DNA of 64,000 nucleotides from Nitrosopumilus sp. (GCA_965223425.1 OZ245003.1:384001-448000), one strand, 5' to 3'; positions 39,153 through 50,469 are shown, counted from the first letter of the stretch. Notes: a model not told the origin generated them from the sequence alone. Numbers and translations are program-made.

Positions 39153-39554
39153 TTGTCTGAAGACACAGAAATTGAGAAAATAAAGCAAAGAAAACTAGAA
39201 GAAATGCTCAAACAGCAAAATCAGCCTAAAATTGAGCCTGGAATTACAGATTTGAGTGACTCTAATTTTGAGCAAATAATATCAGCTGAGAATCCAACAT
39301 TGGTGGATTTTTGGGCAGAATGGTGTGGCCCATGCAAAACGATGCATCCAGTATTTGAGAGTCTGTCAAAAAAATATCCAAAAATCAAATTTGCCAGAGT
39401 CAATGTGGATAACAACCAGAGCATTGCAATGAAATTTGCAGTTCAATCAATTCCAACATTTATTATGTTCAAAGCTGGATTGGTTGTAGATAAAATGATG
39501 GGGGCAGTAGGGGCTCCTGGAATTCATATGATTTGTAAAAAACATTCAGACTAG
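39153..39554 (+). CDS. trxA: Thioredoxin
   Basis: WCGPC active site. Confidence 0.93.
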   Translation: MSEDTEIEKIKQRKLEEMLKQQNQPKIEPGITDLSDSNFEQIISAENPTLVDFWAEWCGPCKTMHPVFESLSKKYPKIKFARVNVDNNQSIAMKFAVQSIPTFIMFKAGLVVDKMMGAVGAPGIHMICKKHSD

Positions 39555-41332
39555 TAAGCGTAAGCTGGTTCTTTTGCGCGTTGAATCCCAACTATCTCAT
39601 TTAGAACTTGTTGCTCGTCAGTACTTAGCTTATGCATGAATTTGTTGAGTAGTTGTTTTGCCTCATGTGATGGTGGAAACGTATAGTAAACATCTTCCTC
39701 AAAGATTTGTCTTCCAATTGTAACATCTCTAACAGAACAGGCAACCTCATCTCCGGTTTTAGCTGTGCTTACAGTCTTTTTATCAAGCTGAAGCTGGTGA
39801 ATCTTTCCAACCTTGCGTCCCGTCTTGTTCATAAATGGGATTTTTTGTTTCAGATTCCCTACATCTACACGAATTCCAAACACTGCAGGATCATTATTTC
39901 TAAAAACCATTCCTTTTAGGAAAGTAAATTTCGAAACTGGTGTCAGTTCTGCAAATATTGCATCTTCCTCATTTGCAGAATCTTCCTCAACCCATGCATT
40001 ATAGTTGTCAATTAAACTGTAGATTACTTTGTCTTCAAACACTTTGATGTGACTGTCCTCTGATTCATCTTTTGCGTCAGGTAAAACTTTGACATTAAAT
40101 GCCAAAACAACCCCAAGATGTCTGTCGTTTTCTTTGATTGCTTTTGCCTCTATTACATCACGTCGGGTTACAGAACCAATGTCAGCTTTGGCAACAGGAA
40201 CCCGTGAACGTCTGAGCATCTCAACTATTGCCTCAAGTGAGCCTATAGTGTCACATTTGACGATAATACCATTGGTTTCTGTATCAATAAACACAGATTT
40301 CATCTCAGACTCGATGAGTTTAGTGAATTTTTCGATCTCTTGTTCATTTGATGCAACATAAAGAGTACTTCCTGGAAGGACACCTTCAAGATCTGGCGAT
40401 GCAATTTTTAATCCAGCTGCTGCATCCACTTGTGCAGCTTGTTTGAATTTGTCTCGAGGATCTCGCATCTCATCAAGTGGTTTTGGTAAAAGCAGTGCCT
40501 TTGGTTTTGTAACTATGACAGCATCTCGTTTTGCAACAACAATGCTGTTTTCTTTTTTTATTGCTCCATCAATTAGAATGATATTTGCCGTCTGACCCAA
40601 GCCGGCCTCGTTTTTTACCTCCAATACAATACCACGTGGTTCTTTTTCTTCCTGATTGAGTCTTTTTTGAAGATATTGTTGTGCCAATCCTACCAATACG
40701 CTAAGCAGTTCAGGAATTCCAACTCCAGAACGTGCTGAAATTGGCACGATTGCAATCTCAGATTTAAAGTCTTTAACACGGTAAAATGCCTCTGACTGAT
40801 ATCCCAAAATGGAAAGAGTTCCTACGACATCATAGATCTTTTGATCAAGATCCACCTGAATTGATGCATCCTGCTCTTTGATTGCATGTGAGATGAATGA
40901 AGATTCAGATTTTCTCCATCCAGAAATCTGATCACATTTGTTTAGTGCAACAACAAACGGAACTTTTCTGTTTTGCAAAATTTTCAAGCTTTCATTTGTT
41001 TGCGGTTGGAACCCACGATTAACATCGACTACCAAAACTGCAATGTCAGCTGCAGAGCCTCCCCTGGAACGAAGGTTTGTAAAAACTTCGTGTCCTGGAG
41101 TATCAATAACTAAAATTCCTGGAACTTTATTTTCTGATTCCTCAAGTTTCTTGTATAAGACACCACATGTTTTTTTGATTGTCTCAGTTGGCAGAAAGCT
41201 TGCACCGATATGCTGAGTAATTCCACCTGCCTCTCTTCCCTGAACACCCGTGCCGCGAATTCTGTCTAAAAGGGATGTCTTACCAGAGTCTACGTGGCCA
41301 AGAACTGCCACTATGGGCTGACGAATTTGCAA
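39551..41332 (-). CDS. infB: Translation initiation factor aIF5B (IF-2)
   Basis: GHVDSGKT, GGITQHIGA, DTPGH, NKCD. Confidence 0.96.
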   Translation of the reverse strand: MQIRQPIVAVLGHVDSGKTSLLDRIRGTGVQGREAGGITQHIGASFLPTETIKKTCGVLYKKLEESENKVPGILVIDTPGHEVFTNLRSRGGSAADIAVLVVDVNRGFQPQTNESLKILQNRKVPFVVALNKCDQISGWRKSESSFISHAIKEQDASIQVDLDQKIYDVVGTLSILGYQSEAFYRVKDFKSEIAIVPISARSGVGIPELLSVLVGLAQQYLQKRLNQEEKEPRGIVLEVKNEAGLGQTANIILIDGAIKKENSIVVAKRDAVIVTKPKALLLPKPLDEMRDPRDKFKQAAQVDAAAGLKIASPDLEGVLPGSTLYVASNEQEIEKFTKLIESEMKSVFIDTETNGIIVKCDTIGSLEAIVEMLRRSRVPVAKADIGSVTRRDVIEAKAIKENDRHLGVVLAFNVKVLPDAKDESEDSHIKVFEDKVIYSLIDNYNAWVEEDSANEEDAIFAELTPVSKFTFLKGMVFRNNDPAVFGIRVDVGNLKQKIPFMNKTGRKVGKIHQLQLDKKTVSTAKTGDEVACSVRDVTIGRQIFEEDVYYTFPPSHEAKQLLNKFMHKLSTDEQQVLNEIVGIQRAKEPAYAY

Positions 41333-41338
41333 ATCAGA

Positions 41339-41740
41339 TCACTCAAACGCTACCCTCAATTCGTGATCAAAACTTTCTTGTGAATCTGATGCATGGATGA
41401 TGTTTTCACTGAATCCCAATCCAAAGTCTCCTCTAATAGAACCAGGTTCTGCTTCAAATGACTTAGTTGCGCCAACCATAATTCTAGCAGTGGCAATTGC
41501 ATTGTTTCCTTCAATGACTGCGGCAACTACGGGCCCTGACGTGATAAATGATGTCAGTTCACCAAAGAAAGGCTTGTCCTTGTGTATGTCATAGAATTTC
41601 TCTGCCTGTTCCTGAGTAAATGTAAACATCTTTAGTTTTAAAATTCTGAATCCTTTTCTTTCAAATCTTGAGATAACTTCACCAACTAGATTTCTAGCTA
41701 CTGCATCTGGCTTTACAATGAACAGAGTATTTTCAGTCAA
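41339..41740 (-). CDS. ndk: Nucleoside diphosphate kinase
   Basis: VKPDAV, PGSIRGDF, NIIHASDS. Confidence 0.96.
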   Translation of the reverse strand: MTENTLFIVKPDAVARNLVGEVISRFERKGFRILKLKMFTFTQEQAEKFYDIHKDKPFFGELTSFITSGPVVAAVIEGNNAIATARIMVGATKSFEAEPGSIRGDFGLGFSENIIHASDSQESFDHELRVAFE

Positions 41741-41742
41741 TT

Positions 41743-41952
41743 CTACTTCTTTCTGATTCCGCCTTTAACGTGTTTTTTGGTCCACTTTAGTTTTCTTGGA
41801 TCACGTTTTAGTGCTAGTGCATTTTTTTTGCATTTTGCTGAACAAAACCATAGAACAGTTCCATCGTTTTTTGCAAGCATTGTACCTGAACCTTTGGCAA
41901 CAGGTCTATCGCAAAAATTACATGGTTTAACTAAAAGACTCACATCAATCAC
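41743..41952 (-). CDS. rpl24e: 50S ribosomal protein L24e
   Basis: CNFC...GSG...DG....FCSAKC...PRKLKWT. Confidence 0.95.
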   Translation of the reverse strand: MIDVSLLVKPCNFCDRPVAKGSGTMLAKNDGTVLWFCSAKCKKNALALKRDPRKLKWTKKHVKGGIRKK

Positions 41953-42165
41953 CTATTTGATCTTCTTTGCTTCTCTTTCTGTTTCTCTGAGCATTAGAAT
42001 TTCCCCTTCCCTCACAGAACCTTTTACGTTTCTTGTAAGAATTCTTCCTTTGTCTTTTCCAGTAAGAACTTTGACTCTGACTTGAATTACCTCACCGGCA
42101 ATACCGGTACGTCCAACAATTTGTATAATTTCTGACTGAATTACTTCGTCAGTTGTAGCGCTCAT
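41953..42165 (-). CDS. rps28e: 30S ribosomal protein S28e
   Basis: [12 protein letters not shown]...RNVKG.VREG..LML.ETEREA. Confidence 0.95.
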   Translation of the reverse strand: MSATTDEVIQSEIIQIVGRTGIAGEVIQVRVKVLTGKDKGRILTRNVKGSVREGEILMLRETEREAKKIK

Positions 42166-42548
42166 TGATCAGTCTTTCCACCTTTAATTTTAGCAATTGA
42201 TGACACAACTTGGTCTACTATGTGCTGTGCATCGCCGGCATCCAAAATTGCCGCAGCAGCAGAAGTAATGTCGATACCCAATGAATTGCCTAATTCCTGT
42301 TTGCTTGGAACAAATGCAAACGCCGCACCTTGCTCTTCACATAGAATTGGAAGATGAGCTACAACCTCCGGCGGTTCAACATCTTCGGCGATAACTATTA
42401 GTTTACTAGTGCCACGTTCGATTGCCTTGGTTGCTTCGTTGGTTCCTTTCTTGACTTTGCCGCTAGTAGATGCTACTCGAACAGCTTCCAAGATTGGATT
42501 AACAAGATCCTCTGGCGTCTCAAATTTAACATAATATGCTTTTCCCAT
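42162..42548 (-). CDS. rpl7ae: 50S ribosomal protein L7Ae
   Basis: [14 protein letters not shown]...[15 protein letters not shown]. Confidence 0.96.
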   Translation of the reverse strand: MGKAYYVKFETPEDLVNPILEAVRVASTSGKVKKGTNEATKAIERGTSKLIVIAEDVEPPEVVAHLPILCEEQGAAFAFVPSKQELGNSLGIDITSAAAAILDAGDAQHIVDQVVSSIAKIKGGKTDQ

Positions 42549-42609
42549 ACTTCGTCACCCTAAGGTTCATTCTCCATTCCCTACATCCTTTCGTTTGGTT
42601 TTAAAAGTG

Positions 42610-43962
42610 TTATCGGGAAATGATGACGGACTTTACTTTCTTGAGATATTCAGACATCAAATCGTCTAATTTCTCTTGACTTTCAGCTTCTGCATACACT
42701 CTAATGATTGGTTCTGTCCCACTTGGTCGGATCATTACCCAATTTTTAGGATCAAATGTAATTTTGATACCATCAGTTGTATCCGAATTGGGAAACTCTT
42801 CTTTTAGTGAAGAAACCAGTTTTGAAACATTTTCAGCAGAACATAAAATCTTGTCTTTTGTAGTAAAAGAGGGAGGCAAACTGGCAATTTCATCAGATAA
42901 TGGTTTTTCCGAGGTTGCCAGTAAATCAAGCATTAATGCCAGAGCCATACAACCATCTCGAACTTGGTTGTGTTTCCCGTACATGAATCCGCCATTTTCT
43001 TCAAACCCAACTAACGCATCAGTTGGAACCATCTTTCTTGATACTTCAACGCTTCCTACCTTGGTACGAATTACTTTTGAATTAAATTTATCAGCCAAGA
43101 CTTCAATGTTAGAACCTGAATTCAAGCAAGTTACAATCAAAGAATCAGGATTTTTCTTTAGGATGTGCTGAGTAAGAACCAGTGCAGACTTGTCTCCAGT
43201 TAGGATGTTTCCTTTGTTGTCACAAAAAATACTTCGATCTCCATCACCATCAAATGCAATTCCTACGTCAGCACTGTTTTGTATAACAGTTTTTGAAAGT
43301 TCTGAAAGATTTTGTGGGGTCGGTTCTGAGCCACGTCCTGAAAAGTTGCCATCAATGTTTTGGTTTACAAGAAATGTTTCACAATGTAGCATTTTACAAA
43401 AATCAGGTGCAGAAACTGCCTGTGCACCATTCCCTAAATCCAAAACAACCTTGAAATTCTTTGATTCTATTAACTTAGAATCAACTTGAGATACGACTCC
43501 TTGGAGATACGTCTCAACTGATCTGTCTTCTTTACCTGCTGTGCCCCATTTTTCAGGATTTTTAATCCAATTTTTTTGCAGATAGATATCTTCAACTACT
43601 AATTCATCTTCTCGTGAAATCTCTACTCCATCTTTTGCTGCAGGTTTGATTCCATTGTATTGAGGGGGATTGTGAGATGCCGTAATCATTATTCCACCAG
43701 AATATTCCAAAGTCTTTACTGCAAATTCAAGACATGGGGTTGGAACAATTCCTGCAATGTTACAATCAATTCCAATTGAATTAAGAGCTGAACTTACAAC
43801 TTTACAAATTGCAGGACTTGATTCTCTTCCATCATAACCAATCAGTATTGATCCTTTTCCAAAGTAAGTTCCAATGGCTAAAGTCATATCATGAACAAAT
43901 TCTAATGTGAGGTCTTCAGGGAACACTCCACGAATTCCATTTGTTCCAAAAAATTTTCCCAT
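42610..43962 (-). CDS. glmM: Phosphoglucosamine mutase / phosphohexomutase
   Basis: FGTNGIRG, TASHNP, DGDGDR, IRPSGTEP. Confidence 0.88.
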   Translation of the reverse strand: MGKFFGTNGIRGVFPEDLTLEFVHDMTLAIGTYFGKGSILIGYDGRESSPAICKVVSSALNSIGIDCNIAGIVPTPCLEFAVKTLEYSGGIMITASHNPPQYNGIKPAAKDGVEISREDELVVEDIYLQKNWIKNPEKWGTAGKEDRSVETYLQGVVSQVDSKLIESKNFKVVLDLGNGAQAVSAPDFCKMLHCETFLVNQNIDGNFSGRGSEPTPQNLSELSKTVIQNSADVGIAFDGDGDRSIFCDNKGNILTGDKSALVLTQHILKKNPDSLIVTCLNSGSNIEVLADKFNSKVIRTKVGSVEVSRKMVPTDALVGFEENGGFMYGKHNQVRDGCMALALMLDLLATSEKPLSDEIASLPPSFTTKDKILCSAENVSKLVSSLKEEFPNSDTTDGIKITFDPKNWVMIRPSGTEPIIRVYAEAESQEKLDDLMSEYLKKVKSVIISR

Positions 43963-44009
43963 AAGATTATGCAATAATAGATAAATTTGTGTTTAATGGC
44001 AGGTTCGTT

Positions 44010-44094
44010 GCGGGAGTCGCCCAGCCTGGTCAAAGGCGTAGGGTTTAGGACCCTATCTCTTAGGAGTTCGTGGGTTCAAATCCCATCTCCCGCA
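44010..44094 (+). tRNA. tRNA-Leu(TAG)
   Basis: GCGGGAG/CTCCCGC acceptor stem; anticodon TAG; long variable arm; discriminator A. Confidence 0.95.
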
Positions 44095-44149
44095 TTATTT
44101 TGATTTCTGTGAATGATTAATAATGAGAAAATCTTCAACAAACAAAGTC

Positions 44150-44992
44150 ATGAAAAAGACAGTAATTGGCATCACAGTAGTTGGAAAAGATAGAGAAGGA
44201 ATAGTAGCTACATTTACAAATTTTGCATTCTCAAAAGGTGGAAACATTGAGAAAGTGAATCAAAATGTAATCAAAGGACTTTTTGGAATGTATCTAGAAG
44301 TATCCTTTTCAAAAAAAATTGACGTAAAGAAGTTTGATGCAGAATTACAGAGATTGTCTAAAAAAGAAAAAATGGATGTAAGTACACATCATGAAACAAA
44401 TTCGCAAAAAAATATTGCAGTATTTGTAACAAAAGAACCGCTTTGTCTTAAAACCATTCTCAGTAATGCAAAATCACTCAAAGGAAAAATTTCAGTAATA
44501 GTGGGTACAGAAAACACACTTGCGCCACTAGCAAAGAAAGCAAAGATCCCGTTTGTTACAGTACAAGAAAAAGATCAACAAAAGGCAGAAAAGAAAATCA
44601 TTGAAATATGCAAAAAATACGAGATTGACTTGATATCACTTGGAAGATACATGAGAATTCTCAGCCCCAACTTTGTTTGGAGATATCCAAACAGAATTAT
44701 TAATATTCATCCGTCAATACTGCCAGCATTTCCAGGAGCACTGGCATATGCACAAGCATATGAAAGGGGAACAAAGATTGTTGGTGTTACTGCTCATTAC
44801 GTTACAGAGAACTTGGATCAAGGACCTATCATATTCCAAGACTCATTCAAAGTAGATCCAAACGATACATTAGAAAAAATCAAGACAAAGGGGCAAAAAT
44901 TAGAGGCAGATACTTTGCTCAAAGCAATGAAGATGCACCTAGAAAACAAGCTAGAAGTTCGCTGGAGAAAGGTTCACATAAAGTCCAAGTGA
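44150..44992 (+). CDS. purU: Formyltetrahydrofolate deformylase
   Basis: N-terminal ACT domain; RYMRILS, INIHPS.LPAFPG, GVTAHYVT..LDQGPII. Confidence 0.92.
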   Translation: MKKTVIGITVVGKDREGIVATFTNFAFSKGGNIEKVNQNVIKGLFGMYLEVSFSKKIDVKKFDAELQRLSKKEKMDVSTHHETNSQKNIAVFVTKEPLCLKTILSNAKSLKGKISVIVGTENTLAPLAKKAKIPFVTVQEKDQQKAEKKIIEICKKYEIDLISLGRYMRILSPNFVWRYPNRIINIHPSILPAFPGALAYAQAYERGTKIVGVTAHYVTENLDQGPIIFQDSFKVDPNDTLEKIKTKGQKLEADTLLKAMKMHLENKLEVRWRKVHIKSK

Positions 44993-45720
44993 ATCAAATG
45001 TCAGATCTCAAAGTCCAATTAGATCCCAGTCTCAGAAAATCAATTAAAAAGAAAAATCAGGTGGCAGTCATTCCAGTTGGCTCAACAGAACAGCACGGAT
45101 CGCATTTACCCATATCAACAGACTCTGATATTGTAACTGAAGTGGCAAAAAGACTTGCCAAGAACAAAGGGTATCTGCTTCTTCCAACCCTTACCTACGG
45201 AGTCTCATTTGAACACGCACCATTTTTTAATTTGAGCATTAGAGAGTCAACCTTACGTACTGTTCTTACTGACTTGTGTTCGTCGCTTTTGGCAAATAAC
45301 ATCAAGACAGTTTTCATAATTAACGGACATCATGGAAATCTAAAAGCAATCAAAAGCATAGATGTGAAACTCAAAAAACTCTCAAAAAACAAACTCAGGG
45401 TATTTCCACTGTCTTACTGGCATTTTATGAAAAGAGAGTTTGATCACGCAGGATTTGTAGAAACATCACTGATGCTAGCAATTTCAAAAAATGTCAAAAT
45501 GAAATTGGCAAAAAAAGGACTGATCACAGATAAAATGACAAAACAAGAAATCAAAAAACTTGTGAAACTAGCTAATCAGTCATTTCCTAAAGCCACAAAA
45601 AACGGGGTTTGGGGAGACCCAACAAAAGCCACAAAAAAAGATGGACATGTGATTTTAGCTGAAATTGTTAAAAATCTAGGAAAAAAGTGTCAAACTTGCC
45701 TTACTGTGTATGGCGCATAG
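44989..45720 (+). CDS. Creatininase family protein
   Basis: PVGSTEQHG.HLP..TD, NGHHGN, HAG..ETS. Confidence 0.9.
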   Translation: MNQMSDLKVQLDPSLRKSIKKKNQVAVIPVGSTEQHGSHLPISTDSDIVTEVAKRLAKNKGYLLLPTLTYGVSFEHAPFFNLSIRESTLRTVLTDLCSSLLANNIKTVFIINGHHGNLKAIKSIDVKLKKLSKNKLRVFPLSYWHFMKREFDHAGFVETSLMLAISKNVKMKLAKKGLITDKMTKQEIKKLVKLANQSFPKATKNGVWGDPTKATKKDGHVILAEIVKNLGKKCQTCLTVYGA

Positions 45721-45776
45721 TTACACCAATGAAATTTTAATATAATCCCTCAATATCAAAGCCAATAAGTGATATA

Positions 45777-46013
45777 ATGTCCGTTGATATGGCAGTAAAA
45801 GTACTGGATGAGAGCATCGATCAAGTTGTATTGATAAAACTCAAAGGTAACAAAACAATTAGAGGTAATCTACTTGGTTTTGACCAGCACATGAACCTGC
45901 TACTCGATTCTTCAGAGGAGATTCCTGCTGAAGGCGATTCTAAAGGCCTTGGAACCATTGTAGTAAGAGGAGACAATGTAGTTATGATATCTCCTCCCCC
46001 AGCACAAAATTAG
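45777..46013 (+). CDS. Sm-like archaeal protein (Lsm)
   Basis: [11 protein letters not shown]...VRGDNV; upstream of rpl37e. Confidence 0.93.
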   Translation: MSVDMAVKVLDESIDQVVLIKLKGNKTIRGNLLGFDQHMNLLLDSSEEIPAEGDSKGLGTIVVRGDNVVMISPPPAQN

Positions 46014-46023
46014 GTGATGTGAG

Positions 46024-46191
46024 ATGGTAAAAGGTACAACTTCGATGGGTGGGTTTACAAAGAAAAAAGTTCACATCAGGTGTAGAAGATGTGGTAAAAA
46101 CTCGCTTCACAAGCGTCATCATCAATGCGCAAGCTGTGGATTCCCAGAGGCCAAACGCAGAAAGTATTCCTGGATTAAATGGTATACATAG
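46024..46191 (+). CDS. rpl37e: 50S ribosomal protein L37e (not in the ORF track)
   Basis: MVKGTTSMG...[13 protein letters not shown]...CASCGF...RKYSW. Confidence 0.95.
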
Positions 46192-47121
46192 ATGCAAGAG
46201 ATTGTTCTTATTCTTAGTTCATTAGCCGGCGTAGCTACAGCTGCGGCTGTACGAAAAGTGCCAAGAGACAAAAAATTGCTCAGTCTCAGTGCCAGTTCAA
46301 ACATTAAAAGTCAAATTAATTCTCTAAAAATTGAGAAAGACATTCTTACCAAAACAATTTCAAGACTCTACCAAGCAGATTCTGAATTCTCTAAAATTCA
46401 AAAGGACAAACTGTTACCAAAATATCAACACCAATTAGGAATTGTTTTAGCCAAACTAGAAAAACTTGAACAAGCAAGCAAGCATCCGGACTTGGGCCCG
46501 GTTGGAGATGGTTTGATTACTTTGATGGATCAAAAATTATCAAAGCTAGACGACAGACTGTATGAGATATCATCAAAGATGGCAAGTGCAAAAGTAGAAT
46601 CGCCAAAGAAAGAATCAGAAGTAAAAAAACAAGAGCCAAAATACAAATCAAAACCATTTAACTTTGAGAAGCCAAAAGAATCAAAGATAGAGCCAGTCGA
46701 AATTCCTGCAACAAGATCAAGACAGTCGTTTGAATTAACCACCTTGACAAGTGTTTCAAGAAAGGAGCCAAAATTCCCACTATTTGAAGAAACAAAACCT
46801 GACATTAACAAACCAATTCCACATCCAAAGACAATTCAAACTGAAATTATTGCACCAAAACAAAAAGTTGAAGGCAAGACTGAGGTTATTCAGTCAGTAA
46901 AGCCAGAACTAGGAACAAAACCTGACATTAACAAAGAGGTTGCAAAGATTACAGAACACAAGGCATTACCAGAACCAACCACAGAAGAAAGACCAAAGGT
47001 AACAACGTTAGATGATGACTTTGGTGATGATGATAATGATGCAGATGCAGATGATTTAGATAAAATCAAAGGTAACATCATGAAAGTATTGTCCAAGCTT
47101 GATCAAGCAGAGGTAGAGTAG
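46192..47121 (+). CDS. Hypothetical membrane-anchored coiled-coil protein
   Basis: N-terminal hydrophobic segment, coiled coil, Pro/Lys/Glu-rich linker, acidic tail; abuts flanking genes. Confidence 0.75.
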   Translation: MQEIVLILSSLAGVATAAAVRKVPRDKKLLSLSASSNIKSQINSLKIEKDILTKTISRLYQADSEFSKIQKDKLLPKYQHQLGIVLAKLEKLEQASKHPDLGPVGDGLITLMDQKLSKLDDRLYEISSKMASAKVESPKKESEVKKQEPKYKSKPFNFEKPKESKIEPVEIPATRSRQSFELTTLTSVSRKEPKFPLFEETKPDINKPIPHPKTIQTEIIAPKQKVEGKTEVIQSVKPELGTKPDINKEVAKITEHKALPEPTTEERPKVTTLDDDFGDDDNDADADDLDKIKGNIMKVLSKLDQAEVE

Positions 47122-47796
47122 TTGTCCTATGATGGTGCCATCAAGGCATTATCAAATGATGCACTAAAGCATGTCAAAGATTACTCCGTAATTGGATTGG
47201 GAAGTGGAAGAGCTGCAACTGCACTTGTAAAATCGCTTGGAAAACTAATTGAAATAAAAGATTACCATGTTGTAGGAATTCCAACGTCACTACAAATTAA
47301 ACAAGTTGCAGAAGAAGCAGGAATACCGCTTGTGGAGGCTGATCAAGTAGGTCATATCGATGTGGTGTTTGATGGCGCAGATCAAATTGATTCACGGAAG
47401 TTTGTTATCAAAGGCGGTGGTGGAGCTTTGTTACGAGAAAATATTTTGTTTAGTCTTGCAAAAAAAGTCATAGTTATGGCAGACAAGACAAAGTTTGTGA
47501 AAAATTTCACAAGATCTGTTCCAGTAGAAGTTCACCCATTTGCTAGAGCATCTGTAACAAATTCTATCAACAAACTGGGAGGAACAGCACAACTACGTAC
47601 ACTGGATAGAGGATATCCATTCTTTACAGAAAATGGGAATATAATTCTGGATTGTGATTTTGGAGCAATAAAGAGTCCCAAAGTGCTCACTCAAAAAATT
47701 AAACAAACAGCTGGAGTGTTAGAATCAGGAATATTTCTCAGAAAGCCAGATGTGATTTACAGGGCCAAAGATAACGGCAAATTCGATATTCTTTAG
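47122..47796 (+). CDS. rpiA: Ribose-5-phosphate isomerase A
   Basis: GLGSG, DGADQ, IKGGGGALLRE, TENGN.ILD. Confidence 0.95.
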   Translation: MSYDGAIKALSNDALKHVKDYSVIGLGSGRAATALVKSLGKLIEIKDYHVVGIPTSLQIKQVAEEAGIPLVEADQVGHIDVVFDGADQIDSRKFVIKGGGGALLRENILFSLAKKVIVMADKTKFVKNFTRSVPVEVHPFARASVTNSINKLGGTAQLRTLDRGYPFFTENGNIILDCDFGAIKSPKVLTQKIKQTAGVLESGIFLRKPDVIYRAKDNGKFDIL

Positions 47797-47826
47797 TCAT
47801 GCTAGAAGAAAAAACAAAAAGAAAGG

Positions 47827-48714
47827 CTATTGGGTCCAACCCAAACCAACTAATTTTTGAATACTCGGGAATTTAACACATGCTGGATCTCCAGAGGGTT
47901 TGAAGACAAGTCCCATTGAAGACTTGCACTGAATATCTTCTGGCTCGACTCCTTCTTTGAGTTGTTTCAAAGGAGACAAACTTGCAAGATATACTTCTTC
48001 ATTTCTGATGTGATGGATTGAATTCCAGACAATTCTTCGAATTCATAAATCACAGCATCGATAGAATCTGTTACGTCTGCAGGATCTGCTCTGATGTCAA
48101 AATCAGACCATGCTTGTTCATAGTATTCATTGATTCGTTCTGAATCAATCGGATCTACATCTTCAAGTGCTGAAGATTTGTTGAGATTGCCAAATGAAGG
48201 CAGAGCCATCTTGAAATTCTGCCATCTTTTCGATGATCCCATCAGCTACCGCCTCCCTGTATTCGACTTTTGAAGTTTCAAGAAGTTGGTTGATTAGTTG
48301 CATCTTAAATTCAGATTCATCACTCAACTCGTGACCTACTACAATTTCTCGTGCTTCTTGAATGATCTCTTTTGCATCATCAATTGCTAATTGAGCTTGG
48401 GCTCTAGTTACATCCGTACTTGCTTTGTCTTTTAACTCCAACAAAATTTGTCGAAGTTTTTGATCAACTTCTGGATTTGCTTCAAGATGTTCACTCATTG
48501 TTTCATACAATTCAGAAATTGGATGAGTTGCATGAACTATTGCCAATTCTGCATTATTTTCATCAAGATTCATCTCTAATGCCCAAAAATGTCCCAGCGT
48601 TTCTTCTATGGTTCCTGCAAATTCAAGTTTTTCGTTTCTTTCAGAATCTGCAAAAACCATTGGAGAAATACCTAGAACAACTATGGTTAAAATTCCCATT
48701 GTGATTTTATTCAT
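47827..48714 (-). pseudogene. Exported helical protein with thaumarchaeal SPLKQ...GW tail, split by two frameshifts
   Basis: Frame 1 ends WQSQQIF; frame 2 ALEDVD...ITSE; frame 3 EEVYLASLSPLKQLKEGVEPEDIQC...PACVK...LGWTQ*. Confidence 0.75.
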
Positions 48715-49257
48715 TAGTTTTACAAATCTTGTGTGTTGTTTAAAGTATCAAATGACTCTAAAATTGTACAATATGAGGTTATTACACAAGTCTAGAAATT
48801 GCAATATGTGGAAATTATGTGGCCCAGTCATTGACATGGACGATAACCGCATTGACAAGCTTGATGCCACTGATTTTCCAGTTGGCACGTTTAATCATGC
48901 AACAAGTTATGTTGGAGAAAAAACAGGCTCTTCAAGGGTTAGTTACTATTGTAGATGTTACATTGGTTGTCAAGGGTTCTGATTTGATCTGTAAAAATCT
49001 AAAATTAAAGGAAAATACCGGTCTTAAAAATTGAATTTAAAACCAAGATCACATTTTTCATGACATTTCAGGCATTGCTGTTGAGTAGGTTTTTGCAGGG
49101 CTTGTGCAAAACACGCTTTTTTTCATTTGTTACATGTTAGACATTGAATTATAATAGCTAATTTGGTTGAGCTTAGTGTATAACTAGAAAGCAGTGCCTT
49201 TTTATGTTAAAATGTACTTTCTCAAAATGGACAGAACACAGGTATCTGGACGCTAGT

Positions 49258-49506
49258 TTATTCTAAATTTTTTACAACATCCTCAATTCTTCTTGGATTC
49301 AGTGCGTATTGTGTTCCGTATGATGTAGGATGTGACAGTACAAGATTCTCCTTTACAAGTTTTTTTACCTCTTTTTCTACGTCCCCTTTTAGATGCGATG
49401 GGAACCCTGTTTTCAAATTGGGTAATGAAATATGACATGCACCAATTCTATGATCTGCAAACATCTTTGCAAGAATCTTTTTTCTAGCGTCACTTTTACT
49501 CATCAC
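49258..49506 (-). CDS. Small winged-helix-like hypothetical protein
   Basis: ILAKM....IG..H...NL..GFPSH....V...VK.LVKENLV...PTSYG..Y.LNP. Confidence 0.65.
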   Translation of the reverse strand: MMSKSDARKKILAKMFADHRIGACHISLPNLKTGFPSHLKGDVEKEVKKLVKENLVLSHPTSYGTQYALNPRRIEDVVKNLE

Positions 49507-49586
49507 TCTATTATGTAAAATATATTATATAAATAATTACATGATAAGCATTAATTATTTATATAATAGATATTGATAATAAATAC

Positions 49587-49925
49587 ATGAAAAATGAAGC
49601 CGTGACAATGGATTTTGAGGTTAGAGAAAAGGCAATTGAGCTGGGTCCATTAGAGTATGTGTTTCCTGGAAGCACATCTAAGATTTTGGATTTCTTATGC
49701 GTGTTCAAAGAATATGATTATTCAATTACAGATATTGCAAAAAATTCTGGTTTGTCATTTAAGACTACATTTGATGAGATAAAAAGACTGGAAAAACAAG
49801 AAATTGTAATAATCTCTCGTACAGTTGGCAAGTCAAAAATGTACAAACTGAACTTTGATTCTGCACAGGCAGAATCTATTGAAAAACTGGCATTTGATAT
49901 AGCAAAAAAGAGAATAACGCATTGA
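49587..49925 (+). CDS. Winged-helix transcriptional regulator
   Basis: KILDFL....YDYSITDIAKNSGLSFKT...R.VGKSKMYKLN. Confidence 0.8.
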   Translation: MKNEAVTMDFEVREKAIELGPLEYVFPGSTSKILDFLCVFKEYDYSITDIAKNSGLSFKTTFDEIKRLEKQEIVIISRTVGKSKMYKLNFDSAQAESIEKLAFDIAKKRITH

Positions 49926-50469
49926 ATTATAATATTTGATATTTTTAAACTCAAAAAATAACTTCTTGCCTTTTTTACTGTCCTCCAATTTAATTCGCAG
50001 ATAGCAGTACCTTGACCCTTGCGTTTCTTGGAGTCTGATTCAACTATGTTTAATGTCTTATGATCAGAATCCATAATTTTTTTGATATCATTTTCTGTAT
50101 AATCTCCACCCATCAACTCAGTTTTCATAAGTGGTGCATCTTCACTTAATTTTACACAAGTTGTTGTTATAATCTGTGAGCGTCCATGAGATTTGTCTTC
50201 ATAAAGCTTCTAAATCCTTGTTTTTGAAGTCAGCTACAGAGCGTGCCGTCCCTCAGATATCAGTCTGGGACGGATCTAACACCCTTCCAATGAACAGGAT
50301 GATGCCACAGGATAAGGCGAGTCTGCAAACACGCGAAAAGGATCCCAAGGGTTTTACAGACATCTTGGCTTTGAGCAACACTTGCTCTACTTTATGAAGA
50401 CAGTTACAGTGCAACACGGCTAGCAGTATGGCCTATGTGACTTGGGTTTTTTTTCTGGTACTGCCGGCC

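Noticed and set aside
48730-49250. Short ORFs upstream of the SPLKQ-tail pseudogene
   Set aside because: No recognisable motif; cannot be told apart from non-coding debris.
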